A stretch of 64,000 nucleotides of DNA from Phyllobates terribilis (GCF_046119375.1 NW_027362765.1:163308001-163372000), one strand, 5' to 3'. Positions 13,945 to 27,293 are shown, counted from the stretch's first letter. Notes: generated from the letters alone by a model not told the origin. Numbers and translations are program-made.

Positions 13945-15103
13945 TATGTCCCCATCATTGGCCCATTCTGGTAAATATGTCCCCCATCCTTCCATATATG
14001 TTCCCCATCCTGGGTCCCATCCTGGTATATATGTCCCCCACACTAGTATACATGCCGCATCATCCTGTCCTGTAGCCCGCAGCTGACTTCAGTGTGCAAG
14101 CAACTGGCAGCGCTGACATCACTGCCATGCACTGCCAGTAACTTGCATGCCAATGGCAGCTGCCAGCCTCTAATTGATTGCTGCTTGTATTGCTGTGCAG
14201 ATACCTGGCGGGTCACTGCACCATGATGCATTTCAGCTGGATGTGCATCCTTGGATGCACGTTCAGCTGAAAAATGCGCTGGTGTCGGCGGCCCCTTTAC
14301 CGCACGGGCCCGGTCGCGGTTGCACCCTTTGCAAAACAATATGACATTTATTTCCACAGGTTGCACAGCACCGAAAACAAAACTATTAACACAAAATTCC
14401 TAGCCTTGTCCAGGTGCTAACTAAATAATAAAGACCCTGGCTACTCATACACAGCTGAGCTAGCCTCAGTTCAGTAAAATAAAATGGCTATTGTCCATAG
14501 CAACCACTGATACTTGCAGTTTTGTGCACGTGGACATGTGCAGACTCCTTTCAGAAGATTCTGGTTTGTCTCTGCCTGGCTCCAACACAACCCACTCTTC
14601 CCTCAGCTGACAGAGAGAGCAAGGTGAACACATGTCCTGATTCTTGGTCAAAGCTAACCAGGTGTATCTAATCAGTGCTAGGATTTAACCCTAGCTTTCC
14701 TACATACACTCCACAAAGCCTAGGGCTGGGCACTGTCTGCCAATTCACAGCGCCTACAGGGCTTTAAATTCACTTGAGCGGGAGGCTCATGCTTGATGAT
14801 GCGAGTGTGACCTAGTACTTCCACAAACCTGTCCTTATTTTTGGGTACCCATTTCCAGCTGTGCTGTTTTTGGGAAGGTGCCAAATTTCCTGCTACTTTG
14901 TCACCTAAAAGCTGACTTCTGACTAGGCCCACAGGCAAGCGGTTTCTAACAGATCCCTATCCTTCCAGAGTTTTAAGTTTTAGTAAGTTGCCCTAATATA
15001 TTGGGAAGGGCGTTCTTTTTCTTGATCAGTGTATTTTATAGTGGACCTCTTCCACCTTTTCCACCACCTCATAGGGTCCCTGCCATTTAGTAAGGCATTT
15101 GCC

Positions 15104-16150
15104 CAGGGCTGGCGTCAGAACCCGGCGTACCCGGGCAAGTGCCGGGTCCCTGGACCATCAGGGGGGCCCACTCGCCGTCGGGGCCTGGGTCGCTTCCCCG
15201 GCATCTGTGCAGGGCCACCGGTGCTGTCCGAGCCCTGCTCTGCTTCATGCAGCAGCAGTCAGTGTGTGGTTAGTGTGCTGCTGCTCCACCAATCAGGCCC
15301 AGTACTGTCACTTTCCAGACATGGCCACGCGCTGCACGGTTGTGTCTAGTAGTAATGACACGCAGGGGCGACACTGCGCCTTTAATTGTGCTTGTGTGTC
15401 GCCCCTGCCATGTGATTACTACCACACACAGCTGCACAGCGCAGAAGCAGCAGCACACTGACCGTACACTGACTGCTGCTGCATGAAACAAAGCAGGCCT
15501 TGGACAGCTCCGGCGGCCCTGCACAGATGCCGGGGGAAGCGGCCCGGGCCCCGATGGTGAGTGGGCCCCCTGCCCTGATGGTCCAGGACCATATGACACT
15601 CTGGAGGTCCTGCACTGCCAGAGGATTAAACAGCTGGACGTGACACAGGCCAAGGGGCAGGTGAGCGAGCTTCCTCAATTCCCGTATTAAAAATATTCCT
15701 AATGTGTGTGCGCATGTATGATGTGAATGTCTGTGTATGGCAGTGTGTGTGACAGTGTATATATACTGTATTTATGTCTGTTTTCTAAGTATTTTTAAGA
15801 TTGTGTTCAAATATGTATGTATCTGTGCGTGTCTGCGTGTTGTATGTGTATATATCTGTGTACCATGTGCATGTGTGTGCATGTCTGCATACCGTGTGTG
15901 TGCGCATGTCTGCGTACCATGTGCGTGCGCATGTCTGAGTAACGTGTGCATGTCTGCTTACCGTGTGCGTGCGCATGTCCGCGTACCGTGTGCATGTCTG
16001 CCTATGTGAAGGATAAGGGGACAGCCTGGGCCCTGTGTTGTATATCTATATTTGTCTGCCGTATCTGTGCATCATGAATTGTGTTATGTGCTAAAGGGGC
16101 CCACTGAGACTCTTTCACCCCGGGCCCACGAAACACTGGAGCAGGCCTTG
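15104..16150. mobile_element. hAT-like non-autonomous element with internal foldback and GT-rich tract
   Basis: Ends cagggctggc / gcaggccttg; gggcccactgagactc subterminal block; inverted arms 15145-15285 and 15446-15590. Confidence 0.55.
15700..16010. repeat. Degenerate (GT)-rich microsatellite
   Basis: tgtgcatgtctgcgtaccg-type units. Confidence 0.85.
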
Positions 16151-16474
16151 CACTTGCCCTCACTTTGGTCCCTCGACATAACAGATTATTATGCCTGGCC
16201 AATTGCGGAAAACGATTATTGGCTCCTGGGGAACACCATTTAACACACATACATTTTTCAGAATTCATTTAACCGTAAAGTACCTGAGCTGGTCAGTCCG
16301 AAAGTTGTCCTGGACTTTACCAGGTCAGGAATATTGGCTTCAGGGGGTGTTTCCTCATCCTCCTTTCTAGCCAGTAGAGTGAAATTAGATTCCCCGTTTA
16401 CATCATGTAACCTTGTTACCATAGCTGACTCTATGCGACTGCAGACTGCTGAAAAGGGACAGAACATGGGTATG

Positions 16475-17827
16475 TGACGAGCCCAGGGGATGAGGGAAAC
16501 GACTCGGCGCCCGGGCCTTGTTGTTGCCTGATCTTGGGGGATGTCGCGGTGGCCGGCTCCCGGGCCCGCACCCTGGGGTCACTCTTAAAAGAAGGAAAAG
16601 GGGGAAAGTCTATAGGGAAAGGGGAATGTTCATGACGCCACCTGTGGTGTCTGGTGTGGATCACCAGCGCTGCAACAGTCCTCTGAGGCCGGTGTTCAGG
16701 CAGCTTAGTTGGTGCTGCTCCCCACAGGTGGAGTGGGGCCTCAGGGCAGCGGAAGTGTAGGGATGCAGAGCAGAGCGTTGACGGGTGCAGAGCCGCGGAG
16801 GAAAGAACAGACAGAGGCAGTAGTTGAAGTCATCCAAGTCTTTACTCACGGTAGTGTTTTCTCAGCTCAGAGCTGCTCTCTGCTGTCACACGGCGAGCTG
16901 CGGCTGCCAGGGTGGGGTTCAGCACACTCCAGATAGTTCAGGAGCACTTGACAGGCCCCCCGCTCTAGTGTGTTCCTCTCCTGTTGAACTTCTCCCACCT
17001 TGTGTCCCCCACTGAGTCCCGTACGGGTACTGCAATGTCCCTTGTGGGTAACGTGTAGTTCCCGGACCGACTGGGTGCCCTTTTTGGTGACTTGTGGTGA
17101 GAACGTGGCGTAAGGCCGAGTCCCTCTGGATAAACTCAGATTAGGGTATACAGGTGGCGACTCCGCTCTGTCCGTATCCCCCTGGGATCCACATAAGCCT
17201 CCGGACTTTTCCGACAGAGACGTGAAGTGCAAAGTCAGATAATCGGGGACCAGTACCCCCTCTTGCGGCAGGGTCTCTCTGGCAGGGCCAGAATAAGGTA
17301 TGCAGGTGGTGACTCCGCTCCGTCCGCACCCCATGAGATCCTTTCGCCTGTGGAGCCTATCTCCTCTGATCCCCTCCTGGGCCTTCTTGGTTGGACCCTG
17401 ACCGGGGACAGAGCCGGTTATAACTCTGCCCCGACCCCCCGTCTCGAGGCCTGAGACCGGGAACCGTGGACCCCTCAGCCGGCTGCAGCTTTGTGCTGAC
17501 TTGCCGTCCCAAAGACCCACGACCAAAGACCCTATCATTAAGATGGCCTCCAGTTATATAGAATTCTAATTAAGTGCTTAAGTAATTGCTTCCTCCACTC
17601 TCACTCACTACATGGTTCCCCTTAACTTTGGTTCCCCCCCAACTCCTCCATTCAGGCCCGGGGCAGCACTATGGTGCTTTAGGCCCCCTTCAGAACTGGA
17701 GTGGTGTATTGTTGAGTGTGTGGCTGGGGTCCTATGTAGTACTCCATCCTTACCTGGGAGAGGAGATACCACACCTCAGTCTGAGGTGCAGTACCCCTGT
17801 GGCGACTGAACCCTCAGGGGCGCCACA
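16475..17827 (-). mobile_element. Solo LTR, Gypsy-type, 4-bp TSD
   Basis: TGACG...CCACA; TATG TSD (16471-16474, 17828-17831); termini homologous to the LTRs at 36973 and 43623. Confidence 0.85.
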
Positions 17828-17993
17828 TATGTGATTTGTATACTTATTAATGTGCCATATCATACGCTATGATGATTTAGCAGCCTATAGACACATGAAG
17901 TGGCTGTAGAATTTTGTCCCAAGCCTGGACAGCCCCTTTTATAACAGAGAACTGTTAAACACATTAATGCTGGAGAGTTGAGACCCATGTTAA

Positions 17994-18232
17994 AGGGGTT
18001 GTACAGCTCTGGAGGAATTTTTAGCTCTTCTGGTTCAAGCAGTTGTCACTTGACTACAAGTATGCAACTTGCATAGTTGCGGTCATATGCCAACTAGATT
18101 CTCATCCGCTTCTTTCATTTTTCTGCTCGAGCCTTTAAGCATAACCAAATCTCAATAGTGTGTACATTACAAACCAATAGAATTAGGCAACCTGTAGTAC
18201 TTACTGAAAATTTTCCCTGGCTGAAAATCCCT
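17994..18232. mobile_element. T2-type MITE remnant
   Basis: ttaa|aggggttgt left end; degenerate right end. Confidence 0.45.
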
Positions 18233-18244
18233 TTGTCATGGCAC

Positions 18245-18922
18245 TGTTGCAGAATATCCCGAGGCAAGGGGCTCCTTCCCTATCCGTTAAGTTAGGGGCA
18301 CCCTAGTCTATCCATGCTCCCCGGATTACATCTGATGGTGATGACACTGGGGCAACATGCCTTGCTGAGCTCCTAAATCAGCCCTTATCTGTTCTTTCCC
18401 CCACCCAGGGAAGTGGGGAGTTGCAGTGTATAAGAATACACAAACCAGACTAATAAGGGAAGACGAACAGGGATAAATGAAAATACCAATCATACAAATA
18501 TGCACACACAAACAAAAGAGTGGAACACAGGGAAATATAGGAAGGAAAAACCAAATAGGACAGGATGAGGATATGCACACAGACAAATCACCAAGCAACA
18601 GTCTTCTGAACAATACTCTAAACACTTCCTCAAGCAACCAACACCTCCAACTTCAGAACCAGGCAGTATGAACTAACACTGGAAATCTCTAAGTGCCAGA
18701 GGTGAGTATATATAGCAGAGGGGAGTGGTCAACACTGAACAGCTGAGACCAACTAAGCAGGAAAGCTTCAGGAGCTCCCAGCTGAAAAGATGAACCCTTG
18801 CACTGCTAGCAGAAACCTGCACTGTTTAATATGATGGTGAAGTTCTTCTAACCAGTGCAGGAGTATGTGAAACCAGCCACTGCGGTCTTCTGGCCCCTCT
18901 TTGTCGCGGTATACCTGTGACA
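18245..18922. mobile_element. Solo LTR-like element
   Basis: TGTTGC...GTGACA termini and internal TATATA; no clean TSD. Confidence 0.55.
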
Positions 18923-19024
18923 CCCCTTAAGGTTTTTACCAAGTGGTACTTGACCCCTGATATTGTGCAAGTTAGTTCCTAGGTCCTATTTTATTTTCCT
19001 TTGAGGGTGCACAGTGCCAGGTTA

Positions 19025-19386
19025 CAGTAGGGAAAAAAAGTATTTAGTCAGCCAATAATTGTGCAAGTTCTCCCACTTAAAAAGATGAGAGAGGCCTGTA
19101 ATTGACATCATAGGTAGACCTCAACTATGAGAGACAAAATGAGAAAACAAATCCTGAAAATTACATTGTCTGATTTGGAAAGAATTTTTTTTTCAAATTT
19201 TGATGGAAAATAAGTATTTGGTCAATTACAAAAGTTCATCTCAATACTTTGTTATATCCTTTGTTGGCAATGACAGAGGTCAAACATTTTCTGTAAGTCT
19301 TCACAAGGTTGGCACACACTGTTGCTGGTATGTTGGCCCATTTCTCCATGCAGATCTGTCTAGAGCAGTGATATTTTTCCCCACTG
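19025..19386. mobile_element. Tc1 internal-deletion derivative
   Basis: TA TSD; cagtagggaaaaaaagtatttagtcagcc left TIR; short right end atttttccccactg. Confidence 0.8.
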
Positions 19387-20822
19387 TATATGATTCACAA
19401 GTGTTTTTTTTATTCATGAGACATCTGTCTTGGTACATGGTCAATGAGAAATTTTCAGCTATTTTACTAGAAACATTGGATAGTTCCAGCTAATCTGGTC
19501 CACTTGAGTTGATTATTTCAAATACACTCCCTTTGTCAGGCCTTTTCCTCCTTCTCATATTCTGAGAAGTGGTGGCCTGAGGAGCTGACTGTGCAGGTAC
19601 AGCGCCGAGGAACTCCTGGTCTTCTTTTCCTCCTGTTCACGTTTTCTCTTTTTTTTGTTTGCAACACTCCTAATCAGTTCTTCCCCCATCTATTCCTCTT
19701 TTATGAATATTGAAGAGTTTAGCATTCATATACCATGTGTGACATAGTCAGCGTGTATCCACGAATCACTTTAACTATTATATGGTGTCTTATCATCCTT
19801 TTTTACTGTTCCAGTGTTTACAAGAAGTCGATTGATTGCGGATGTGCAGTACCCAGCCGTGGCCACTATCAACAGACAGAGCAGCTCTGTTACTAAGAAG
19901 TTCCGGCCACTGCCAAAACCAGGAAAACTGATCGACGGGGGTGCAGAGTGTCACACGCCCACAAGTCAGACCATTGAAAACCTATCCTAAGGATAGGTCA
20001 TCAATGTTAAAGTAGTGGACAACCTCTTTAACTGCACCTGCATCCTCTGCCACAAGCTAGGTCATCCGGGTAACTATTTCTTACCATAAGAGCACTAAAT
20101 CAGAAAAGATCATCCTTTTTAAATCAGATTCCATAAACTGAAATACTTCAATCCACAGAAAATAAAGATCTCAGTATGGATTGTACTCCTCTGCTAAACT
20201 CAATGTCCTCTAGCAACACTTAGGACTTTAATAGATGATATACTATTAGTATCCTTCAAAAAAAAAATCACCTGATAGATTCCCTTTAAATGCCTGTTGT
20301 TTCAGGGAACAATATTGGGTATACTGCCACAATCATCAAACTCTGACCCCAACTTTTGTATTGAAGTATCTAATGAGCACATAAAAAGGTTCTTGATCAG
20401 CTGTAACATCACCAATTGTGATTGGTGAATTCTGTGTCATCAGCTGTGTATACTGTCAGGGCTGCCACTAGGAATTTCGGGGCCCCATACTGTCAAAATT
20501 TCCAGACCCCTTCAGACTCTGCCCAATCTCCACCCCAGCTCCACCTCCACCCCTTGAACCTTCTACAGTCCCACCGCCCACTCTTGGAAACACTCCACTT
20601 CTGCACCACGTCCTCACCAATCACACATTAACAGTTCCCGTCAAACACCAGATCACATACATATTATTTTGGCCAAAAGATTTTTTAAGCCGCCACCAGG
20701 ACAAGGAGACTCTTCTGGTCCGGCCCTACTGTACTCTAACCTATTAAACATTTCTTATAATATCCAATACTCTTTTTTCAGGTATATGTTATTTATTTAT
20801 TTTTAAGGGAATGTGTCACATA

Positions 20823-22981
20823 CAGTACAGACCAAAAGTTAGGACACACATTCTCATTTAAAGATTTTTCTGTATTTTCATGACTATGAAAATTGTACAT
20901 TCACACTGAAGGCATCAAAACTATGAATTAACACATGTGGAATTATATACTTAACAAAAAAGTGTGAAACAACTGAAAATATGTCTTATATTCTAGGTTC
21001 TTCAAAGTAGCCACCTTTTGCTTTGATGACTGCTTTGCACATGCTTGGCATTCTATTGATGAGCCTCAAGAGGTAGTCACCGGAAATGGTTTTCACTTCA
21101 CAGGTGTGCCCTGTCAGGTTTAATAAGTGGGATTTCTTGCCTTATAAATGGGGTTGGGACCATTAGTTGTGTTGTGCAGAAGTCAGGTGGATACACAGCT
21201 GATAGTCCTACTGAATAGACTGTTAGGCTATGTGCCCACGTTGCATTTATGAAGCAGAAAATTTCTGCTGCATAAATGCAAGTCCTCTCCCGGAAAAACG
21301 CATGCGGAATTCCGCACGCGTTTATCGCGCATTTTTCGCGCATTTATCACGCGTTTTCCACATGCGGAATTGCCTTGCGTTTTTTATGCATTGGACTAAG
21401 GCAATTCCGCTTGCGGAAACGCAAAATTAAATGACATGCTGCGGATTTTTGAACGCGGCATAAACGCTGCGGAAAAATCCCAACATGTGCATAGAACTTG
21501 CGGAATCCCATTGGGGACCATGGGGTGCGGATATACATGCGTTTTTCAAGCGTTTACGCTGCGGAAATTCCGCAGCATATACGCTTGAAAAATGCTACGT
21601 GGGCACACAGCCTTAGAATTTGTATTATGGCAAGAAAAAAGCAGCTAAGTAAAGAAAAACGAGTGGCCATCATTACTTTAAGAAATGAAGGTCAGTCAGT
21701 GCGAAAAATTGGGAAAACTTTGAAAGTGTCCCCAAGTGCAGTTGCAAAAACCATCAAGCACTAAAAAGAAACTGGCTCATATGAGGACCGCCCCAGGAAA
21801 GAAAGACCAAGAGTCACCTCTGCTTCTGAGGATAAGTTTATCCGAGTCACCAGCCTCAGAAATCGCAGGTTAACAGCAGCTCAGATTAGAGACCAGGTCA
21901 ATGCCACACAGAGTTCTAGCAGCAGACACATCTCTTCAACAACTGTTAAGAGGAGACTTTGTGCAGCAGACCTTCATGGTAAAATAGCTGGACAGGCAAC
22001 AAGCAGAAGAGACTTGTTTGGGCTAAAGAACACAAGGAATGGACATTAGACCAGTGGAAATCTGTGCTTTGGTCTGATGAGTCCAAATTTGAGATCTTTG
22101 GTTCCAACCACCGTGTCTTTGTGTGACGCAGAAAAGGTGAACGGATGGAGTCTACATGCCTGGTTCCCACCGTGAAGCATGGAGGAGGAGGTGTGATGGT
22201 GTGGGGTCCTTTGCTCGTGACACTGTTGGGGATTTATTCAAAATTGAAGGCATATTGAACCAGCATGGCTACCACAGCATCTTGCAGCGGCATGCTATTC
22301 CATCCGGTTTGTGTTTAGTTGGACCATCATTTATTTTTCAACAGGACAATGACTCCAAACACACCTCCAGGCTGTGTAAGTGCTATTTGACCAAGAAGGA
22401 GAGTGATGGGGTGCTACGCCAGATGACCTGGCCTCCACAGTCACCAGACCTGAACCCAATCGAGATGGTTTGGGGTGAGCTGGACCGCAGAGTGAAGGCA
22501 AAAGGGCCAACAAGTGCTAAGCATCTCTGGAAACTCCTTCAGGATTGTTGGAAGACCATTTCCGGTGATAACCTCTTGAAGTTCATCAAGAGAATGCCAA
22601 GAGTGTGCAAAGCAGTCATCAAAGCAAAAGGTGGCTACTTTGAAGAACCTAGAATACAAGACATATTTTCAGTTGTTTCACACTTTTTTGTTAAGTATAT
22701 AATTCAACATATGTTAATTCATAGTTTTGATGCCTTCAGCGTGAATGTACAATTTTCATAGTCATGAAAATACAGAAAAATCTTTAAATGAGAAGGTGTG
22801 TCCAAACTTTTGGTCTGTACTGTATGTTCAGCTGTTTCACACTTTTTTGTTAAGTACATAATTCCACATGTGTTAGTTCATAGTTTTGATGCCTTCAGAG
22901 TGAATGTACAATTTTCATAGTCATGAAAATACAGAAAAATCTTTAAATGAGAAGGTGTGTCCAAACTTTTGGTCTGTACTG
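20823..22981 (+). mobile_element. Tc1 transposon, decayed, with duplicated right end
   Basis: TA TSD; TIR cagtacagaccaaaagtt; transposase from 21627 (MARKKQLSKEKR...) with stop and frameshift; QQDND and SPDLNPIE motifs; right TIR twice (22666-22822, 22825-22981). Confidence 0.92.
21226..21612. mobile_element. PIF/Harbinger-type MITE nested in Tc1
   Basis: TTA TSD; TIR ggctatgtgcccacg / cgtgggcacacagcc; same family as 47604-47979. Confidence 0.88.
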
Positions 22982-23659
22982 TACATTGTTTTAAACTAAT
23001 TGTAACCAGATTGTGACAATTTTTTTATAATCTGTATTTCTGATTGCAGATTCCACCAATCATTCTCTCCCCAACCAAAATGTATAAGCTCCTGGAGAAT
23101 CCTGAGCGCGGCCGCCTGATGTTGTAATTGGGCATTTGGTTTTGCAGCATCACTCAGGATCATCCAGTAGTTTATTAGTTTTGGTTGGAGGTTGGAAGGT
23201 GGGAGGGAGGGAATGATTGCATCATACAATCACGTACTGAAATGGTGGACAAATTAATACATGGACTTAAGTTAGCTGCCAGTGGTACCGCCACCGCACC
23301 CGCTGCCCAGTCAAGAAGAATCTAATGACTGCCTCAGCTTGCCCACCACTGCCACCTGCCCACAGCTGCCTCAGCCTGCCCACCGCCTCCGCAGTCTGCG
23401 ATCACCGAAATAATAAATGTAAACAGGGTATATTATTCCATATATATTCACCGATTATACTCTACTAAAAATATCTTTATCGGTATTCATTAAAAACCTA
23501 TAAATTCTAGAATATAAATATACCTCAAAACATAACTCAAAGTGATAATATAAAAAAATTATCTAGTAGTCAAGAGTAAAGGGGAAGGGGGAGTCACTCC
23601 ATTTAGTAACTACTCGTCCCTGTCTGCGGAGGTTCGCACCCTCTTGAAACAAAATTGGT

Positions 23660-25445
23660 GCCCCCACTCCACAACCTCCCCTCAGCAGCCTCCCCTCCTT
23701 CAGCAACATACCCTCAGCAGCCTCCACTCCTTCAGCGGCCTCCCCTCCCTCACCAGCCTCTCCTTCTCCAGCAGATTCCCCTCCCTCACCAGCCTCCCCT
23801 CCTCCAGCAGCCTTCCCACCCTCATCAGCATACCCTCACCAGCTCCCCTTCCTCAGCAGCATACCCTCAGCAGCCTCCCCTCCTTCAGCGGCCTCCCCTC
23901 CCTCAGCAGCCTCCCCTCCCTCACCAGCCTCCCCTCCCTCACCAGAATCCCCTCACCAGCCTCCCCTGCATTACCAGCATCCCCTCACCAGCCTCCCCTC
24001 CCTCAGCAGCCTCCCCTCCTTCAGCGGCCTCCCCTCCTCCAGGGGTCTCCCCTCCTTCAGCAGCCTCCCCTCCCTCAGCAGCATCCCCTCACCAGCCTCC
24101 CCTCCCTCATCAGCCCTACCTTCAGCAGCCTCCCCTCCCTCAGTAGCATCTCCCCAGCAGCCTCCCCTCCCTCAGTAGCCTCTATTCCCTCAGTAGCCTC
24201 TACTCCCTCAGAAGCCTCCCCTCGCTCATCAGCATCCCTTCAGCAGCCTCACCTCCCTCAGCAGCCTCCACTCCCTCAGCAGCATCCCCTCAGCAGCCTC
24301 CCCTCCCTCAGCGGCCTCCCCTCTCTCAGCAGCCTTCCCTTCTCCAGCGGCCTCCCCTCCCTCACCAGCATACCCTCAGCAGCCTCCCCTCCTCCATCAG
24401 CCTCCCCTCCCTCATCAGCATCCCCTCCTCCAGCAGGCCTCCCTCCCTCATCAGCATCCCCTCCTCCAGTGGGCCTCCCCTCCTCCAGCGGGCCTCCCCT
24501 CCTTCATCAGCATCCCCTCCTCCAGCGGGACTCCCCTCATCCAGAGGGCCTCCCCTCCCTCATCAGCATCCCCTCCTCCAGTGGGCCTCTTCTCCTTCAG
24601 CCGTCCTCCCCTCCCTCAGCAGCATCCACTCACCAGCCTCCCCTCTCTCATCAGCCCTACCTTCAGCAGCCTCCCCTCCCTCAGTAGCATCTCCTCAGCA
24701 GCCTCCCCTCCCTCAGTAGCCTCTATTCCCTCAGTAGCCTCTACTCCCTCAGAAGCCTCCCCTCGCTCATCAGCATCCCTTCAGCAGCCTCCCCTCCCTC
24801 AGCAGCCTCTCCTCCCTCAGCGCCCTCCCCTCTCTCAGAAGCCTTCCCTTCTCCAGCGGCCTCCCCTCCCTCACCAGCATACCCTCAGCAGCCTCCCCTC
24901 CTCCATCAGCCTCCCCTCCCTCATCAGCATCCCCTCCTCCAGCGGGCCTCTCCTCCTCCAGCAGGCCTCCCTCCCTCATCAGCATCCCCTCCTCCAGTGG
25001 GCCTCCCCTCCTCCAGCGGGCCTTCCCTCCTTCATCAGCATCCCCTCCTCCAGCGGGCCTCCCCTCCTTCATCAGCATCCCCTCCTCCAGCGGGCCTCCC
25101 CTCCCTCATCAGCATCCCCTCCTCCAGTGGGCCTCTTCTCCTTCAGCCGTCCTCCCCTCCCTCATCAGCATCCCCTCGTCCAGCGGGCCTCCCCTCCTTC
25201 AGCGGGCCTCACTTCATCCAGCGGGCCTCACCTCCTCCAGTGGGCCTCCCCTCCTCCAGCGGGCCTTCCCTCCTTCATCAGCATCCCCTCCTCCAGCGGG
25301 CCTCCCCTCCTTCATCAGCATCCCCTCCTCCAGCGGGCCTCCCCTCCCTCATCAGCATCCCCTCCTCCAGTGGGCCTCTTCTCCTTCAGCCGTCCTCCCC
25401 TCCCTCATCAGCATCCCCTCCTCCAACGGGCCTCCCCTCCTCAAG
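23660..25445. repeat. C-rich minisatellite (cagcagcctcccctccct, 15-18 bp units) with higher-order duplications
   Basis: Direct reading; blocks recur at about 541-546 bp and 243 bp periods. Confidence 0.93.
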
Positions 25446-26139
25446 CAGCGCAGCGCAACACACACTCTCACACTCACTCACTCTTACTGCCCGCCACCGC
25501 CGTCCCCGCAACTCATGTGGCACGCTGCTGCTCTGGATTGAAGATCAGCGCGCAGTGTGTCACATGACCTGGACCATGATGCACCCAGCGGATTAAAGGT
25601 ACATCGCTCATTTCCGTCCGCCGGGTGCATCATGCGCCGGGCTGCTGTCCCTAAGGGCCCCGTAAGCAGAAGCAAAGAGAGGGGCGGGGGCTGAAATGCT
25701 GAAATGCATACCAGCAACACCAAATGTTCTTAGTCAGCTCCCATAGGTGTTGGATACACGACAACCACTCCTGCCAATGAGAATGAGAAAAGGAATCAGG
25801 CATTGTTATATCCACACTTGGAACATGACAGGAGTAGGAACCAGATGTATTTTAAACACCACAGGGCCTGATTCATCAAGATGTTTTCACCAATTTTCTT
25901 GATATTTTGCTACATTTTTGTGGAACTTGAAGTTGCACTATAATTTGGCGACTTTTATCATTTTTATGCTAGTCCCAGCCAGCTCAGCCAAAGTGTCCAG
26001 AACTTTGGTGGGTTTCGGTGTGGCAAAGCCCATTTGGAAAATTCATTGACATGTACGCCACTTTAGTAGCATGTAGCATACCAGAGTTTAACTACAGTCA
26101 CTGCGGATGCACATCTTACTTCAGCGGTGCCTCCATTAA

Positions 26140-26494
26140 AGTGGATATCCACTACTGGAAAATCTCAGCGTAATCAATTCAGGACTTCAATTTAAATGAA
26201 AACAGTCCGTACTCACCTCCTGCAGAGGCACTGTTTCAGTGATGTCGGTACTGCTGCTCCCTGAAAGTGACATGACTTGTTGTCATCAATATTACAGTGT
26301 GCACGCTGATGAAATAATAAGAGCTGCAGCTGACAGGTGACCACTCATTGGTTGTAAGTTTTGTCACTTTCTGGGAACAGCGGCACCAACATTTCATGAA
26401 TGGCGCCACTGCAGGACATGAGTTTGGACTGTTTTTATTATACTTACTGTTCTGAATTGATTAAACTGGGGTTGTCAAGCAGTGGACAACCCCT
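26140..26494. mobile_element. T2/Kolobok-type MITE
   Basis: TTAA TSD; TIR agtggatatccact / agtggacaacccct. Confidence 0.7.
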
Positions 26495-27286
26495 TTAAGA
26501 CTGGCTTACAAAATGGCAGTCTTTATTAATCACGCAATAAATATTGCAGCAATGATGGGAATCTAAAAAAAGAAGAAAGGTTATTTACTCAATGGACCAC
26601 TTTCACATTATTCGTGCAGAGACACATTACCTCCTGTACTTCAGCGAATTGTCCAAAAGCTCAATTACAACAACAATGTGGAATACATCCAAAAAAAGTG
26701 AGGTTTCTTCAGAGACCTTCAGATAACAAGTGTCAGGCAAGGCCCCGGCATGCAACTCCTTTCCAAGGATTTCTCATAAAATTATGGAATTCGTTGTATG
26801 AAAACATGAACCTCACAGTTGGGCACTTCTGCTGCCCATTAAAAAATGTGACCTTGGTATGTGAAGATAATCCCTCCAATTCTACATGTCTGCTTTAATC
26901 GGAGTGGCCAAGCAATTGTGGGGGTCCGGTCTCTTCATTGTCCTTAGGCAAAGTCTAGATTACTACTGTACTGAAGGCACTATTGGGCCAGTACGTTATG
27001 TACAGTACTCAATCAATGCTTGTGTTCAATTGTATCCTTTCTCATTGTTCAGCTACAATAAACTTAATTTAATGTCTATGAATTGCTCAAGTACAAGAGT
27101 GACTCTCCCATAGGGTGTTTACAATGTCCTGTAATATTAAGTTAATAAGCTTCTCCAACTCAGAACCACATTGCTCATTAATCCCTAAACTGAATTTCTT
27201 TGTTGATAACGCTTCTTTAGATTTGCCACACCATGATGAATCAAGTGAAGCCCAATAAATGATGACATTTAATGATTTCTTCTACA

Positions 27287-27293
27287 TATAAAA
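27287..27293 (+). promoter_or_regulatory. TATA box of keratin A
   Basis: TATAAAA about 70 nt upstream of ATG 27358. Confidence 0.75.

Larger units (their letters stand above)
9670..14330. mobile_element. hAT-like non-autonomous host element split by nested Tc1 insertions
   Basis: Starts tagtggcgtaattagagtcctatgggcccc; its atatgtcccccatcctgg minisatellite continues on both sides of the Tc1 at 12469-13944; right end degenerate. Confidence 0.5.

Noticed and set aside
15737-16009. Cys/Val-rich or His/Thr-rich ORFs (also 63234-63615)
   Set aside because: Products of (GT)n-like simple repeats; unrelated to the His-rich keratin heads
22996-23229. 77-aa minus-strand ORF between the Tc1 and the minisatellite
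   Set aside because: No recognisable motif or supported splice partners; within the length expected by chance
23644-25596. Long Pro/Gln/Ser-rich ORFs (347, 328, 199, 163 aa) resembling cornified-envelope or extensin proteins
   Set aside because: Open in several frames because the C-rich repeat lacks stop codons; non-ATG starts, no promoter or splice context; the same peptide recurs in shifted frames
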